Assembly (NCBI GenBank): GCA_002633005.1 | Contig: NMRA01000282.1 | Location: forward strand, 395,748-459,747 | Source of the DNA: Phoronis australis | Taxonomy: Eukaryota > Animalia > Phoronida | Length of the DNA: 64,000 nucleotides | Direction: 5' to 3' | In this document: in pieces, positions 12,490 to 23,343 of the stretch | Numbering within the stretch: the first letter of the stretch is position 1 | Layout: every line of letters begins with the position of its first letter | The notes under the pieces: model-generated | Database searches by the model: none | Told to the model about the DNA's origin: nothing | What the model saw: the letters and a program-made list of their open reading frames with translations, nothing else | Program-made: the position numbers and the translations under genes

Positions 12490-13850
12490 CTGAAATGTAA
12501 AAAGTAAAATTCGTGTCATCTACTGTGTTCTGCTACAAACAGGGTCATCTTTTAAAGATGGTGAAATCGAGTTTTGGAAACAAGACGCAGTTTTAATTCA
12601 AATAAAAGCATTTTTGCACGCCATACATCCAAACGAATCATGAACTTTGACCTGGGTACAAAAATGCCCAAAGCTACCAGTGCATTCTCTGACAATAATT
12701 GCTAACAATTTTAATCATTGTCCCCAGAAGAGCTCTGATCGCAAAGACCACATGACTTATGTTATTTTGTGCATCAAAAATAGACATTTGCTGTAACAAC
12801 GGAAACTTCCTGAAAACTTGTAAAATCTTGCCTGCTTTTAATTCCAGATAATTCAAAACAAATCAAAAGTCAGTTAAAAGGAAGGTTTCAGCAATATGTC
12901 CTTCCATCGACTTACAGTAAATGCAACTCATCACAACTTGCTCCTAATTCGACTTGGAACTTTGATACCAGTCCTCAGTGGATCTAAACTTGCCTCAAAC
13001 TGGTTTTAAGCAAAGATTCGCCATAACAGCTGGTAGGAAATCACTCCGTTGCCAGTTTCTTAAGTGAGAAAATAAACACAGCACACAGTAACATTTCACC
13101 GATTTCAGACAAAAATAATTGCCAAAAGTGCACTTTTTCATTTTTCAACACCTTCTAACATTTGTTGTGATCGTGAATACACACTTCTGTTTGATGATAT
13201 GTAACAACAGCATACAACTTGAAAATGATAAAGCATTTGCTGTGTATCATGAAAAAGTTAAGAAATAAAAATTTCCCTCATCCAACATACAGTGCCTTCA
13301 CTTGGTGACATTTAATACCACCATATTGGGTATTTGAAACGAGTGGGAATTTTTCATTTTATTGCATATTTCAATCAAACACTTCACATACGAATTTGAA
13401 GAGAAAATTTTGGATCGTATTATTCCGTAGAATCTGAAAGATCGTAAGTTCCAATAACTTTTTAAACTCCATATCACAATTTTTGTCACCATAAATGTGT
13501 TCAACAAGATGAGTTTTCGGACAACTATGGGTTGAAGATTAAAACTGATAACAGTAGCTGTAAAAACCAGATGAGATTGAAACTACGTAGTTTCAAAAAT
13601 CTTTCCACACTGAGAGAGAGCATCCTTGAAGTACTTTATATCCTCTTATTCTACCCGCCCAGATGGGAAGAAAGGTAAAATGTCCCATTTGTTACTTCTC
13701 ATGGTTGGATAAACTTACTTTTGCCTCGTCTTCACAATAAAATTAAAGCTAAAGAACGCAAATAAAATGTTTTGAGTCTCACATAAATATGTGATCTGTC
13801 ACCAGAGGCCAGGGAACCAGACATCACTTAAATTTACATTAAAATCTCAC

Positions 13851-13884
13851 CAATTAAGGACAGAATACGGCTGACAAGTGACAT
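13851..13884 (-). CDS. HIBCH: Candidate HIBCH first coding exon (phase mismatch, uncertain)
   Basis: aaagATG MSLVSRILSLI looks like a transit peptide and is followed by G|gtgaga. It is 34 nt (phase 1), but the next exon needs a phase-2 input. Confidence 0.35.
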
Positions 13885-16469
13885 CTTTATTTCTCCAGTT
13901 TTCCAATTGAAATAAATGCTAAATGTCATTTTTAAAGATCTATTGCCACAGCTACGCCAATTCTGAGAAATAGCGCGCATTCAAGTGACAATGCATTGAA
14001 AAATGAAAAAAGTCCAACTTTGGCGGTTACTTTTTTTACCGAAATTGGCGAAGCTCAGTCTTATGAAAAACATATTTCTCACTGTTGTTTCTTGGCACAC
14101 CCCGCAACATACCTCATACAATGATGCGTAAGTACATGGTGTTCATCTATGGGTGAAAACACCTAAGACTTTCAAAAGTATCAGGGTCAACTAGGCCTGG
14201 CCTTAGAAGGTTATACAGGTGACAAATGCTTGAATGCATCATTCAGACTGACTTGACAAGATATAAGTAGTCTACCTTTGAGATTTATTGTTTAGGTATT
14301 CATGAAAAGGAGGTCAACTGACCAGAGGTGTGTAGTTTGTGGCCATTTATATTGAATGAACCATGTATACACAGAAGCTCAGCAGAACAGTGGCCAGTCA
14401 TCAGAAGAAGAAGTGATAACTGTATCAGAACAACTAGTATCCCTTGGCATAGATACTGCGTATCTTGAGACCAGTGAAAAGGCCTATGGAAGAAACTCCA
14501 CAATATCATAAAATATCAGGCTTTAAAAGACTGGGAGGAATGATGCACGTGGTTGAAGCTGGTGACAGCAGGAAGGACAAGTAGACTGTTACAAAAGAGA
14601 ATGTTTCAGTTTGGATTGTACAGGCACTTGTTGGTTCAGCGATGGTAAAAGAATACCATGTGTTTGGGTAATGTGTTAGTTATTGTATGAGCATGGCACA
14701 TGATAGCATTGTTAGTCTCGGCATAGTAACAGGACTGTCCTTACTTAGAATTACATGGCCACTTGAATCTTGTGGTATTTACCCACAATGCAACAACTTT
14801 CAATTCTCTATAATCCTTGTTCTTGCGTCACTGAAGTTTCTCATGTTATTTGTTGGTGCCATGCGTTTTCACATTTTTGCCCATTGCATTTATTGTTTTA
14901 AACATTCCAATACCAGCAGTTTGACTGCTGGTGTGCTATGGGCTACAACTTCAATGGCAGGAAGGTGTCTTGAGAAGTATATGTGAAAGCAATATTTTCC
15001 GAGATCATTCCTAGAATCAGCCCGACATTTTTAAAACGACGCCATTGCAAAAACGTGTTTTTCTCCTTCCAGAACAAAGGAGGGAGCTTTCTACCTGGGA
15101 TTGTCCTATTGCTACAGTAACTGCATGGTAAAGTTTCTTTAAATTAGAACCATAACATTTTATTTCATCAAAATTTTCAACATTGGTTAATAAGACGATA
15201 ATTTTACTTCATTATTTGAAAACTTAATATAGTATTGCTGTTATCAAAAAACAAACGCTGAAAATTTGAATTTTTTTGTCAATTCATAAGTTTTGGAAAA
15301 TTGAAAAATGACAATTTTGGTAATCATTTTTGAAGAAACTTTTACCATATAACCTATGTTCTCCACAACAGAAAATTCAAAATTGACGGCAATTAAAAAA
15401 TTCACGTATGCATTTGAAAGTCCATGTCCATACTGCGGCGAGTTTGTGTGTTAAGTCTTGGAATAAATGCACTAAACTGGAACCAAAAATTAAAAAAGGC
15501 TTAATTTGGTTAATAAATTACTAATTTTTCAGTATGTAAACTCGACACAAGTACCTAAGCCAAACTCATCATGGCAAAATTCAAACGGGAAGCACCGAAA
15601 AGTCAAAGCAGGTTGTGGAGAACATTGATAACACTCATGGGCCTATCAAACTACTGGAATAATTTCCTTAACTGAGTGGTTTCATGGAAAATACAAAGTA
15701 CCATTACAACCCATAAATGCGATTTAGTCTTTTTTTAAAAATGATGACTACAATGGATGAACATGTAAAAATTTAGTGTGAAGATGTGTAAGTAAAATCA
15801 GTCAAAAAAGTACCCAGGTGTCTTCTCGTCAATTTTTTGCTCCTTCACAACTCATCTATAAATACTCAATGCCATGAAGTTTTACTTAAAAAATCTAATG
15901 TCCTAATCAGAGGCTCCACTATTCAAAACTGGCTGGATTCTTTGGGGGTACTTAAGGTCAGTAAGTTACGCACTCTATTGTGGGGTTAGGTAACACAAGC
16001 CCAGAGAGTAGCAAGCAAGAGGAAATGCTAGGACTTAACTAACAAAGGAGCAGCAGTTTCACATCTTATTGTCCTGTTGCAATAAACTGATTTTTGTCAT
16101 TCAAAGACCAAAAGGGTCCAACTTTTAATGACTGATTCAGTGTTTGAGGAACATAGGATCAAAAATAGCCGGCACTGCATGAATTTTTTTGTTTGACTGC
16201 AGGCAGTGTTATCTGTGGTATACACCTCTGTTCACTGTCCCCAAACAAAACAAGCCAGTCAAAACGTCCAGAGACTGTGGTACCTGCAAGAAGCATTCAG
16301 TGTTGTTGGTTGGAAATGAGAAGCAGCAATGATTTGTGCAGACCATGTTGTGTATTGTACACAACATGAGTCTTGCCAGATGTTGTCTAATGGTCACTTT
16401 TTGGTCAACATGATGTGACATGCTTAACAGTACCCTGACGTGTTCTCACAGTGGCATAAATCATAGTTC

Positions 16470-18476
16470 ACAACTAGAAAGATTATTGTCACAGCGTGAC
16501 AATAATGGACTCTGCGCATGCGCATTACTGGAATTGTTTTTTGGAAGTTACTAATACCAACCCGTTTACCAATATGAAAAGGAATTCATTAAAATTGTAG
16601 GAGAAATTGCATGTTAATATTTTGATGACCTTTCCACTAATTGACCTCTTCTGGTGCATTATGAACCCCGATCAGGGAATAATTGTAAACACAATTTGTT
16701 AATGCAGGCTGTGCATATATATAGTTGCCCAATTTTCCTAGAGATGGCGTTCTCAATCACCTAGTGCCTCAGTTATATTTTTAGGGCGTTGTCTCGGAGT
16801 TAAGTCATGATTTAAGCAACCCCCTTTTGGTGGTATTATTTCCATTAGTTCTGTAAGTTGAGATACTGTCTGGGCCAATCAGCTTTCTAGGTTTTCGCGG
16901 AGTATTTAAACGTCCAAACAAGCACCAGTTGCCTATTCTCTCCTGGATTGTCTGTATCGTGTGTTGATTACCAGACTGCTTTGAGGCAAACGCTGTAAGT
17001 ATACATTTGGTTATCCTTCAACGTGAGATACCAATTTTTTGGATAGCTTTGCATTTGTAGTTTGCGTTTTGTCAGCTGTAGACTGGACTATTATTATGCA
17101 GACCTAGACATGCTGTTATGCTGCAACCATTGTGCTTTTTGGCAGTCAATTATTATGTTTGCGGATTTCTTGTTTTATGCATATTTCTATTTTGTGAACT
17201 AGTTTTTGCGGAGTATTACAGTTGTCTATACGAGTTGTTCTGTGTTGTAACTTTAGGGGTTTATTCCGCCATGTTTTTTCCTGAGTTTGTATTTCCTCAA
17301 GTGCGGTTTCCGTTAGACATTAATTAAACATTACGTAGAAGGTGTAGCGATATCGTGGTGGTTGGTTAATGTTAATGGTAAAGTTTAGATTTAGTAACTT
17401 AGACTGTTTTTTGTAAACGTTTCAGATAACCGATATGAACACCGATGCAATACGATGTATCAACGATAAACGATGAACGTAATAAAGTATGTCGAGTTGT
17501 AGACGCCTCTTTCTCTATTGCCTCAACGTATGAGCAGCAATACGATTTAAAATGTGGTTTATGCTAAGAATCACAGATGTTTTACTTTAAGCACTTCAGA
17601 ATACAAGATGAATGAATTGGTCAAACTTTAAGAAGAAAAATGACCCCATGGGTGCACCAAATGACCTGAAAATTTAGAATTCAAACTCAATCGCATTTAG
17701 TGAACAGATATGTAATATTGAAGTCTCTAGGTCAAAATTTTAGTTTGCACTCAATGACCTTTAACCTATTTGTCATGAAATCTGTGACATTCATGATACA
17801 TATATAATTCTTAGTATGTTAGTTTGATAGTGTTATTACTTATTGNCCCTATCCGGTGTATTATAAGCGAATTATTGCAAAGCCCATAAAAGATGTGTTT
17901 AATGCTGAGAATCACAGTTGTCTAACGGTTGACACATCAGAATACTTGTTGATTGAAAAGGTCAAAATTTCAGAAGAAAAATACACCTAATGACCCCATG
18001 TTTGCACTAAATGACCTGAAACTTTGGATTCCAAATTGAATTACCTGTGCCAATCAGACCTGTCAATTTGAAGTGTCTAGCTCAAAATTTTAGTTTGCAC
18101 CTAATGACCTTTGACCTATTTCATCTGATTGGATGACCCGATTACTTAGAAAAGTAATTTTTTATTGACTTATACCTGTGCATCGAATTTAAAGAGAATA
18201 GCTTTAAAAATGAAGAAGGAGTAGCATTTTGAAAATTACATGACCTTTGCACCAAATGACCTCTTCCGGTGCAATATGGATTATGATTATATAACGAATC
18301 AAAGTTTATGTACTGCCAAAAATCACAAACAGAATTTAAAGAACATACCTGCACCCATTTTGGAGTTATTAAGCCTCAAAGTTGGTCGGAAGAAGAATAA
18401 GAAGAATAAGAATAAGAATAAAATTGAAGAAAACACAGGAACAACAGTACTCTGCACTTACAAGAGCAGAGTAATA
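16470..18476. mobile_element. Helentron-associated non-autonomous element with internal diverged repeats and (AAGAAT)n
   Basis: Starts acaactaga with a hairpin attattgtcac-agc-gtgacaataat. Many TGACCT cores. Diverged duplicated block ~17560-17775 / ~17900-18125. AAGAAT microsatellite at ~18390-18420. Terminal hairpin tactctgc...gcagagta followed by ataa. Confidence 0.6.
16790..17545 (+). mobile_element. Possible solo LTR nested in the Helentron-like element
   Basis: TG start, TATA-like gtatttaaac at ~16902, donor gtaagt at 16995, tttcag at ~17425, AATAAA at 17481. No clean CA end or TSD could be resolved. Confidence 0.3.
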
Positions 18477-20077
18477 ATGCTTTTATGAATACTGTAAGTT
18501 TTGCATTTCATTCAAAAATTTCAAGCTCACAATAAATTACTGTTATTACATCCACTAGCCATGTGTGATTGTATGAATTGTTATCCTGAAACGTGAAAAC
18601 ATGTCAAACCAGTTTAATAAACTTTTAAATTATGTTCATTTGAAATTGTCCAGTAACAGCTACTACAGAAAGGACTTTTATTAAACGGGGGTTGTTTACT
18701 AACATTTTTAAGTCATGCACCAAATAATATTAATGCACTGAGACAGATGTTGAACTAACTGTGAAAAAATCTGGAATACATAGATGTTATTTATGACTCA
18801 TACAATTGACAGGACAAATGAACGACTGGTCCAACTGGTCCGACTGGTCCGGTGACACCTGCACTGACGAGTCAATGATAAACTTGAAATATTTTAAGGA
18901 TCAAAATTGAGCAAAATAATGACATTCTGACACATTTTTCACATTTTGTCCTATTCCAAAAATACAAAGCGATTCCAAAAGAGGACCCATGACCGCGTTT
19001 TTGGTTCTTGCGTTCAAAAGAACCCCTATGGGAGCTTTTCAGGTCTTGTTTCCAAAAGATCTCCCCTGGAAGATTTTCTGGCTCTAATTGTTTTCGAAAT
19101 AGACCCCATGGGAGCTTCATGTTTGTGGGGGGCTATTTCAGAAATCCTTGGTGTGTTTATTGCATAATGAATTGAATTTTTTGTTTGTGTTTGTGTGGAG
19201 GCATGGTTGTAGACCTGTCTCACACGTTAACATGCTATCCCTGGTCCTATAAAAATTAAGTTTACCATAATTTTTCACACCGAATGGAGCAAGTGAATGT
19301 CACTATGAAATATCGTTAAACTACAGTCTGAAACAGCAAACGTGACATCATGCATCTACTTTAATGACAGGGAGAATTCAGGTCAATAAAAACAGATAAA
19401 TCACTGAGATAGATTAGAGCACTTAGCCTAGATTTTAAAAATGGTCTTTCATCCATGCAACATCATGTTAAGGTAAGTAAGAAATTCTTTGTAAGTAAGA
19501 AATTGTTCGAGGCCACCGTGTAGCATATTGAATTACTGCAGACAGCTACCAATTACCTTGAGACACTTCACAGGGTAAGTGACAAAACTATCGGTAAAAC
19601 CTACTAAAAAGGAAACCTAAGCACCTAAAATGAACTACATACGGACATCACAGCTGGGTAGTGTACTTGTGAGAAGAAAATTTTAATAAAGGGATGAGCT
19701 TGGTTGAACAGCATAGGTGTCTGTATTAAACAGATAAAGGTGAAAAGTAGCTTAAAGCCTACCTTGACATGAATTTTGGTATTTTTGATGTATTGACTTA
19801 GTAGCCAGATGTTAACAGCAATACTTATATATAATGACTTAATCACTCAAACATAACCTCACCAAATGATACTAAACATAAAGTTGTTATTTCGCGCCAT
19901 TTAGCGGGCCTACCAGAACATTAACAACAAAAGGTTGAAAGTATGGCAATTCTCCACAATTTAGCATAAAAATAATTGTCAAAATGACCATTTTACATTT
20001 TTCAAAGGATGATTACCATTTTACAAATAATGGGAGTTTCAGAAGGACATCTACACACACCAATCCATGATTGTAAT

Positions 20078-20244
20078 GAGGGGAGGATCCAGGATTTTGA
20101 GTTGGGGGGCTAGGGCACAGTATTAGCCAGGATTTCGCCTGTCAGACATTCACAGCCCCGTACAGCCAAATGGAATCTGGGAGAATTTTAGGGAGGAGGC
20201 ATGGGCCACTTGCCCTGCCCCCCCCCCCCCTAAATCCGCCACTG
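20078..20244. mobile_element. Short GC-rich hAT-type MITE
   Basis: gaggggaggatccagg ... cctaaatccgccactg imperfect TIRs with G/C runs, flanked on both sides by gtaat. Confidence 0.5.
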
Positions 20245-20628
20245 GTAATACACTCAAATGTACTTAATGTCTATTTTTGTGAAGAAATTCAACAAAATAG
20301 AATTTCACTTGTGGGCTATATGACATGCTTAAGTGAAGAATTAGGATAGTTGAATACAACAGGGGCTTGATTAGAAAATCATGTCAAGATTCTGTTAGTG
20401 ATCAAAGCAACGGGTTCACCCAAGTGGCCTGTGCACATCTGGTACAAGCGGTACCAGACTGAGTGACTGCTATCATTTTTTACATTTCTTGTACTGACAT
20501 AGACAAATGTAATTCAGTAGCGAAATAAATTTTGTGGACTCAAAATTTGAGATGTCATTTCAACATAACAAAATTTTACCATAATTTTCAGACGGGACAT
20601 CCACGAAAGAAAGGAAAACAATTCTAAC

Positions 20629-21576
20629 ATGACTCTATCAACAAGTATGTCAACAACACCAAGAATCCCAGAAAAAACAACAACAACGTCAACAACAACA
20701 ACAAATGATTCAGGACTAAGCAAAGAGAACGAAAACTTAATGATAACTGTTTTGGCAGTGACCTTTCTAATTACCTGGACGGCATGTTTAGGCATCGCCT
20801 GCAAAAGAAGATTTCGCCACGTACAGGAAAGACGGGCACAACAATTGGCTGAACACAATACTGCTCACCAGTATGACCCGCCCACATACAAGGTGGCCCT
20901 AGGCATGCCAAAACCGGATGTATGTGCGGAGTTCGTGGTACGCGATGAAAATGGTATACACGTGGTGATCGTGGAAAAGAATGGAGAAGTGTGCGAGACC
21001 AACTATAGTATGTCGAGGGAAACTCCTCAAGTCCAGGAGAGTCATCACGTGTTTCATTTTGGTGAATACTCGGGTCTTGGTGACATCCAGCATAACATCA
21101 CACCATCAAGCAGCAGTGAACCGACACCACAGACATCGGCAATGTCTGATTCGATCATTTCAAGACAGGGCCAGACATTACAAGCACCAGACTCAGTTTC
21201 TCATACCCATGAATCTCAGGGAAACCAAATCATCAGGCCCAGGAAAGGTCAAACGTTAGAAGCTGCAATACGAGCACACGCAATACCACTACATGCAAGA
21301 AGCTCACGAGAAGAACCTCATAATCTCAGTCACCCAGGAAATACCAAATCCACAGTAAATCCTGGATATCCTCATGTCAGAGACCCAGTGACACCTATTC
21401 GACCCATCTCATCTGATGCAACTGGGAGCAAAAATACCACAGTTTGGGTTGTATCTAGTTTACACAACAGTAAAGCAGAACGATCAGGTTATGTTTTGCC
21501 AGATTACGACTGGGCAGTGGGGCAGGCCTCTCACATCACCCCTGTGCACTCCACAGACTGCGTAACGCATTTATGA
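20629..21576 (+). CDS. Single-pass (type III-like) membrane protein, 315 aa: S/T-rich N-terminus, TM helix, disordered tail with PPTY and LPDY motifs
   Basis: 948-nt ORF in AT-rich DNA. Acceptor attttcag at 20591. TM segment LMITVLAVTFLITWTACLGIAC followed by the basic stop-transfer KRRFR. The frame is open back to the acceptor, so an upstream coding exon is possible. Confidence 0.85.
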   Translation: MTLSTSMSTTPRIPEKTTTTSTTTTNDSGLSKENENLMITVLAVTFLITWTACLGIACKRRFRHVQERRAQQLAEHNTAHQYDPPTYKVALGMPKPDVCAEFVVRDENGIHVVIVEKNGEVCETNYSMSRETPQVQESHHVFHFGEYSGLGDIQHNITPSSSSEPTPQTSAMSDSIISRQGQTLQAPDSVSHTHESQGNQIIRPRKGQTLEAAIRAHAIPLHARSSREEPHNLSHPGNTKSTVNPGYPHVRDPVTPIRPISSDATGSKNTTVWVVSSLHNSKAERSGYVLPDYDWAVGQASHITPVHSTDCVTHL

Positions 21577-22078
21577 CCAGCAGTCACTCTCCACTCTATC
21601 CACTGTTGTACCTTTTTTGCGTATGTATAAATGGATTGTGGGATATTGCCACATCAATGTGGATCATGCACATATAAAGTCCAGTCACCTGGGGCCTGGT
21701 TCACTAAAATGGCATAATGTTACAGCGTTTTCTTTTACCTAGAGTCTAAATGGAGAGGTAATCAAAACTTACAAATGGTGCTAAGTCTCGGCTATGCCTC
21801 TGTGTAAACACACTATAAAGAAATGACTTTCAATGAAATTGGCCTCGAGTGATGGGTTAGGCTGTATATGATTTCAAACTCTCTATTCAAGGATGCTCAT
21901 GGAATTTTTTCTATACCTTGGAATCTCTCATTCTTTTGTTAACAAAAATAGCATACAGCAATTCTTAGCTATTTTGAGGCAAAATGATTGTAAAAATCAT
22001 CATTTTTTTAAGAACTTGGCTACCTGGTTGCAAATATCAATTTCTCACCTGAGGTATTGTTCTATGACAGGCCATTAA

Positions 22079-23343
22079 GGATATCTCAAACCTTATTCAC
22101 AAAAATTGGCCATTTTTACAATATTTCATATGTCTAGCAAAATACCTTACCGGTATCTTCATTCTCGTGGAACTTCAAATACAAAATATATACTGCGTAG
22201 CGAGAAAAAACGATTTAACAGAACCACCTTGGAACCATGTGGATATTTGTTTACTACTTATCCGAGAAAGGTTAAAGGGCTAATAATCAAATCGAACCTC
22301 CTGCCAGGTACAGAACAGCTTCATATACCCTCAGTCTTTCATTCACCAAGTCGCCATGACACTGAGTAAATGAGGTAGCATGGTTCCAGGGAAAACAAAG
22401 ACAATAACACAGTTTTGATCCTAGGGGAGTTGTGCGTCTACATACATATGATCATTGGGGTTGAGAACGAATGCTACGAGTCGCCTCAGGCCTCCGTGGT
22501 GATGAACACAGCAAGTTGTGAAAGTGATAAATCCTCACCCTAATTCCTTAACTCCATTAATAAATTGACATTTCAATGTTTCGATCTCATGCTAATGACA
22601 TGCTTTCAATGAACTGTGACCTACTTATAAAAGTAGGTCAAGCAGGTAACAAACAACAGTAACAGTTAGCAGGGAACAGTACCTTTTAGTGACGCTAATT
22701 ACGCACTGCAAAATTAGTAGAAGTTGTGAGTGAATGTTGAAATACCTAACATATTTAAGGCTTGTATACTGAATAATTAACCGAAGACTTTGAGATTTTC
22801 ACTCGTCCCAGTTTAATCAGCTTTTTCTCGTCTTCGGCAAAATCGACTTTACGTGAACTTAGGAACACAAGTTGTCGAAAACAGCTCGGTGGATTTAGCT
22901 GAAACTTTCCAAACTTAATATTTAGTCATCAATCACAAAAACATTGCTAGGATTTTCCATATAAAGGTCTATTTTTGCGTAATGTAACAAAGATGAATAC
23001 GACTTCCGTTTTTTACAAAAATACCTTACTTTTTGCGAGTTGATTTGTCATAGAAACCAAACAAAAAGACTAATCGAAAATTCCTAACAGCATTTTTGAG
23101 GTAACTGGGTGAAGGTTTCATTAAAATCGACCGAGAGGTTATTTTGCTATGAATGTAACTTTCTTAAAAATGAAATTTTGCCTTAAAAAGGTTTTTACGT
23201 AAAAAATAATGGTTCATTAATATAAAAAGTTTTTAAATTTCGTGATCTTTTTTCTTTCAGAAAATGTATAACTTAACTAGTTGACAAAGTTTGTTTTTTT
23301 CATATACGAGTTAGAATGGAGGCCACTAAATAAGGTTTGAGAT
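22079..23343. mobile_element. Second (inverted) copy of the TTAA/Kolobok-type element at 7274-8667
   Basis: ttaa|GGATATCTCAAACCTTAT ... ATAAGGTTTGAGAT. Long reverse-complement similarity to 7274-8667, e.g. aaatcctcaccctaattcctta versus taaggaattagggtgaggattt. Confidence 0.75.

Noticed and set aside
13095-13150. Recurrent motif atttcagacaaaaataattgccaaaa (also ~12360, 48400, 50580, 51045, 51815) as a cluster-specific regulatory element
   Set aside because: It occurs in both orientations, including HIBCH introns, consistent with ends of an abundant old MITE family.
14300-15012. Coding-looking stretch upstream of HIBCH
   Set aside because: Multiple stops in the frames read and no recognisable motif. 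It could be an old pseudogene or TE remnant but cannot be supported without BLASTX.
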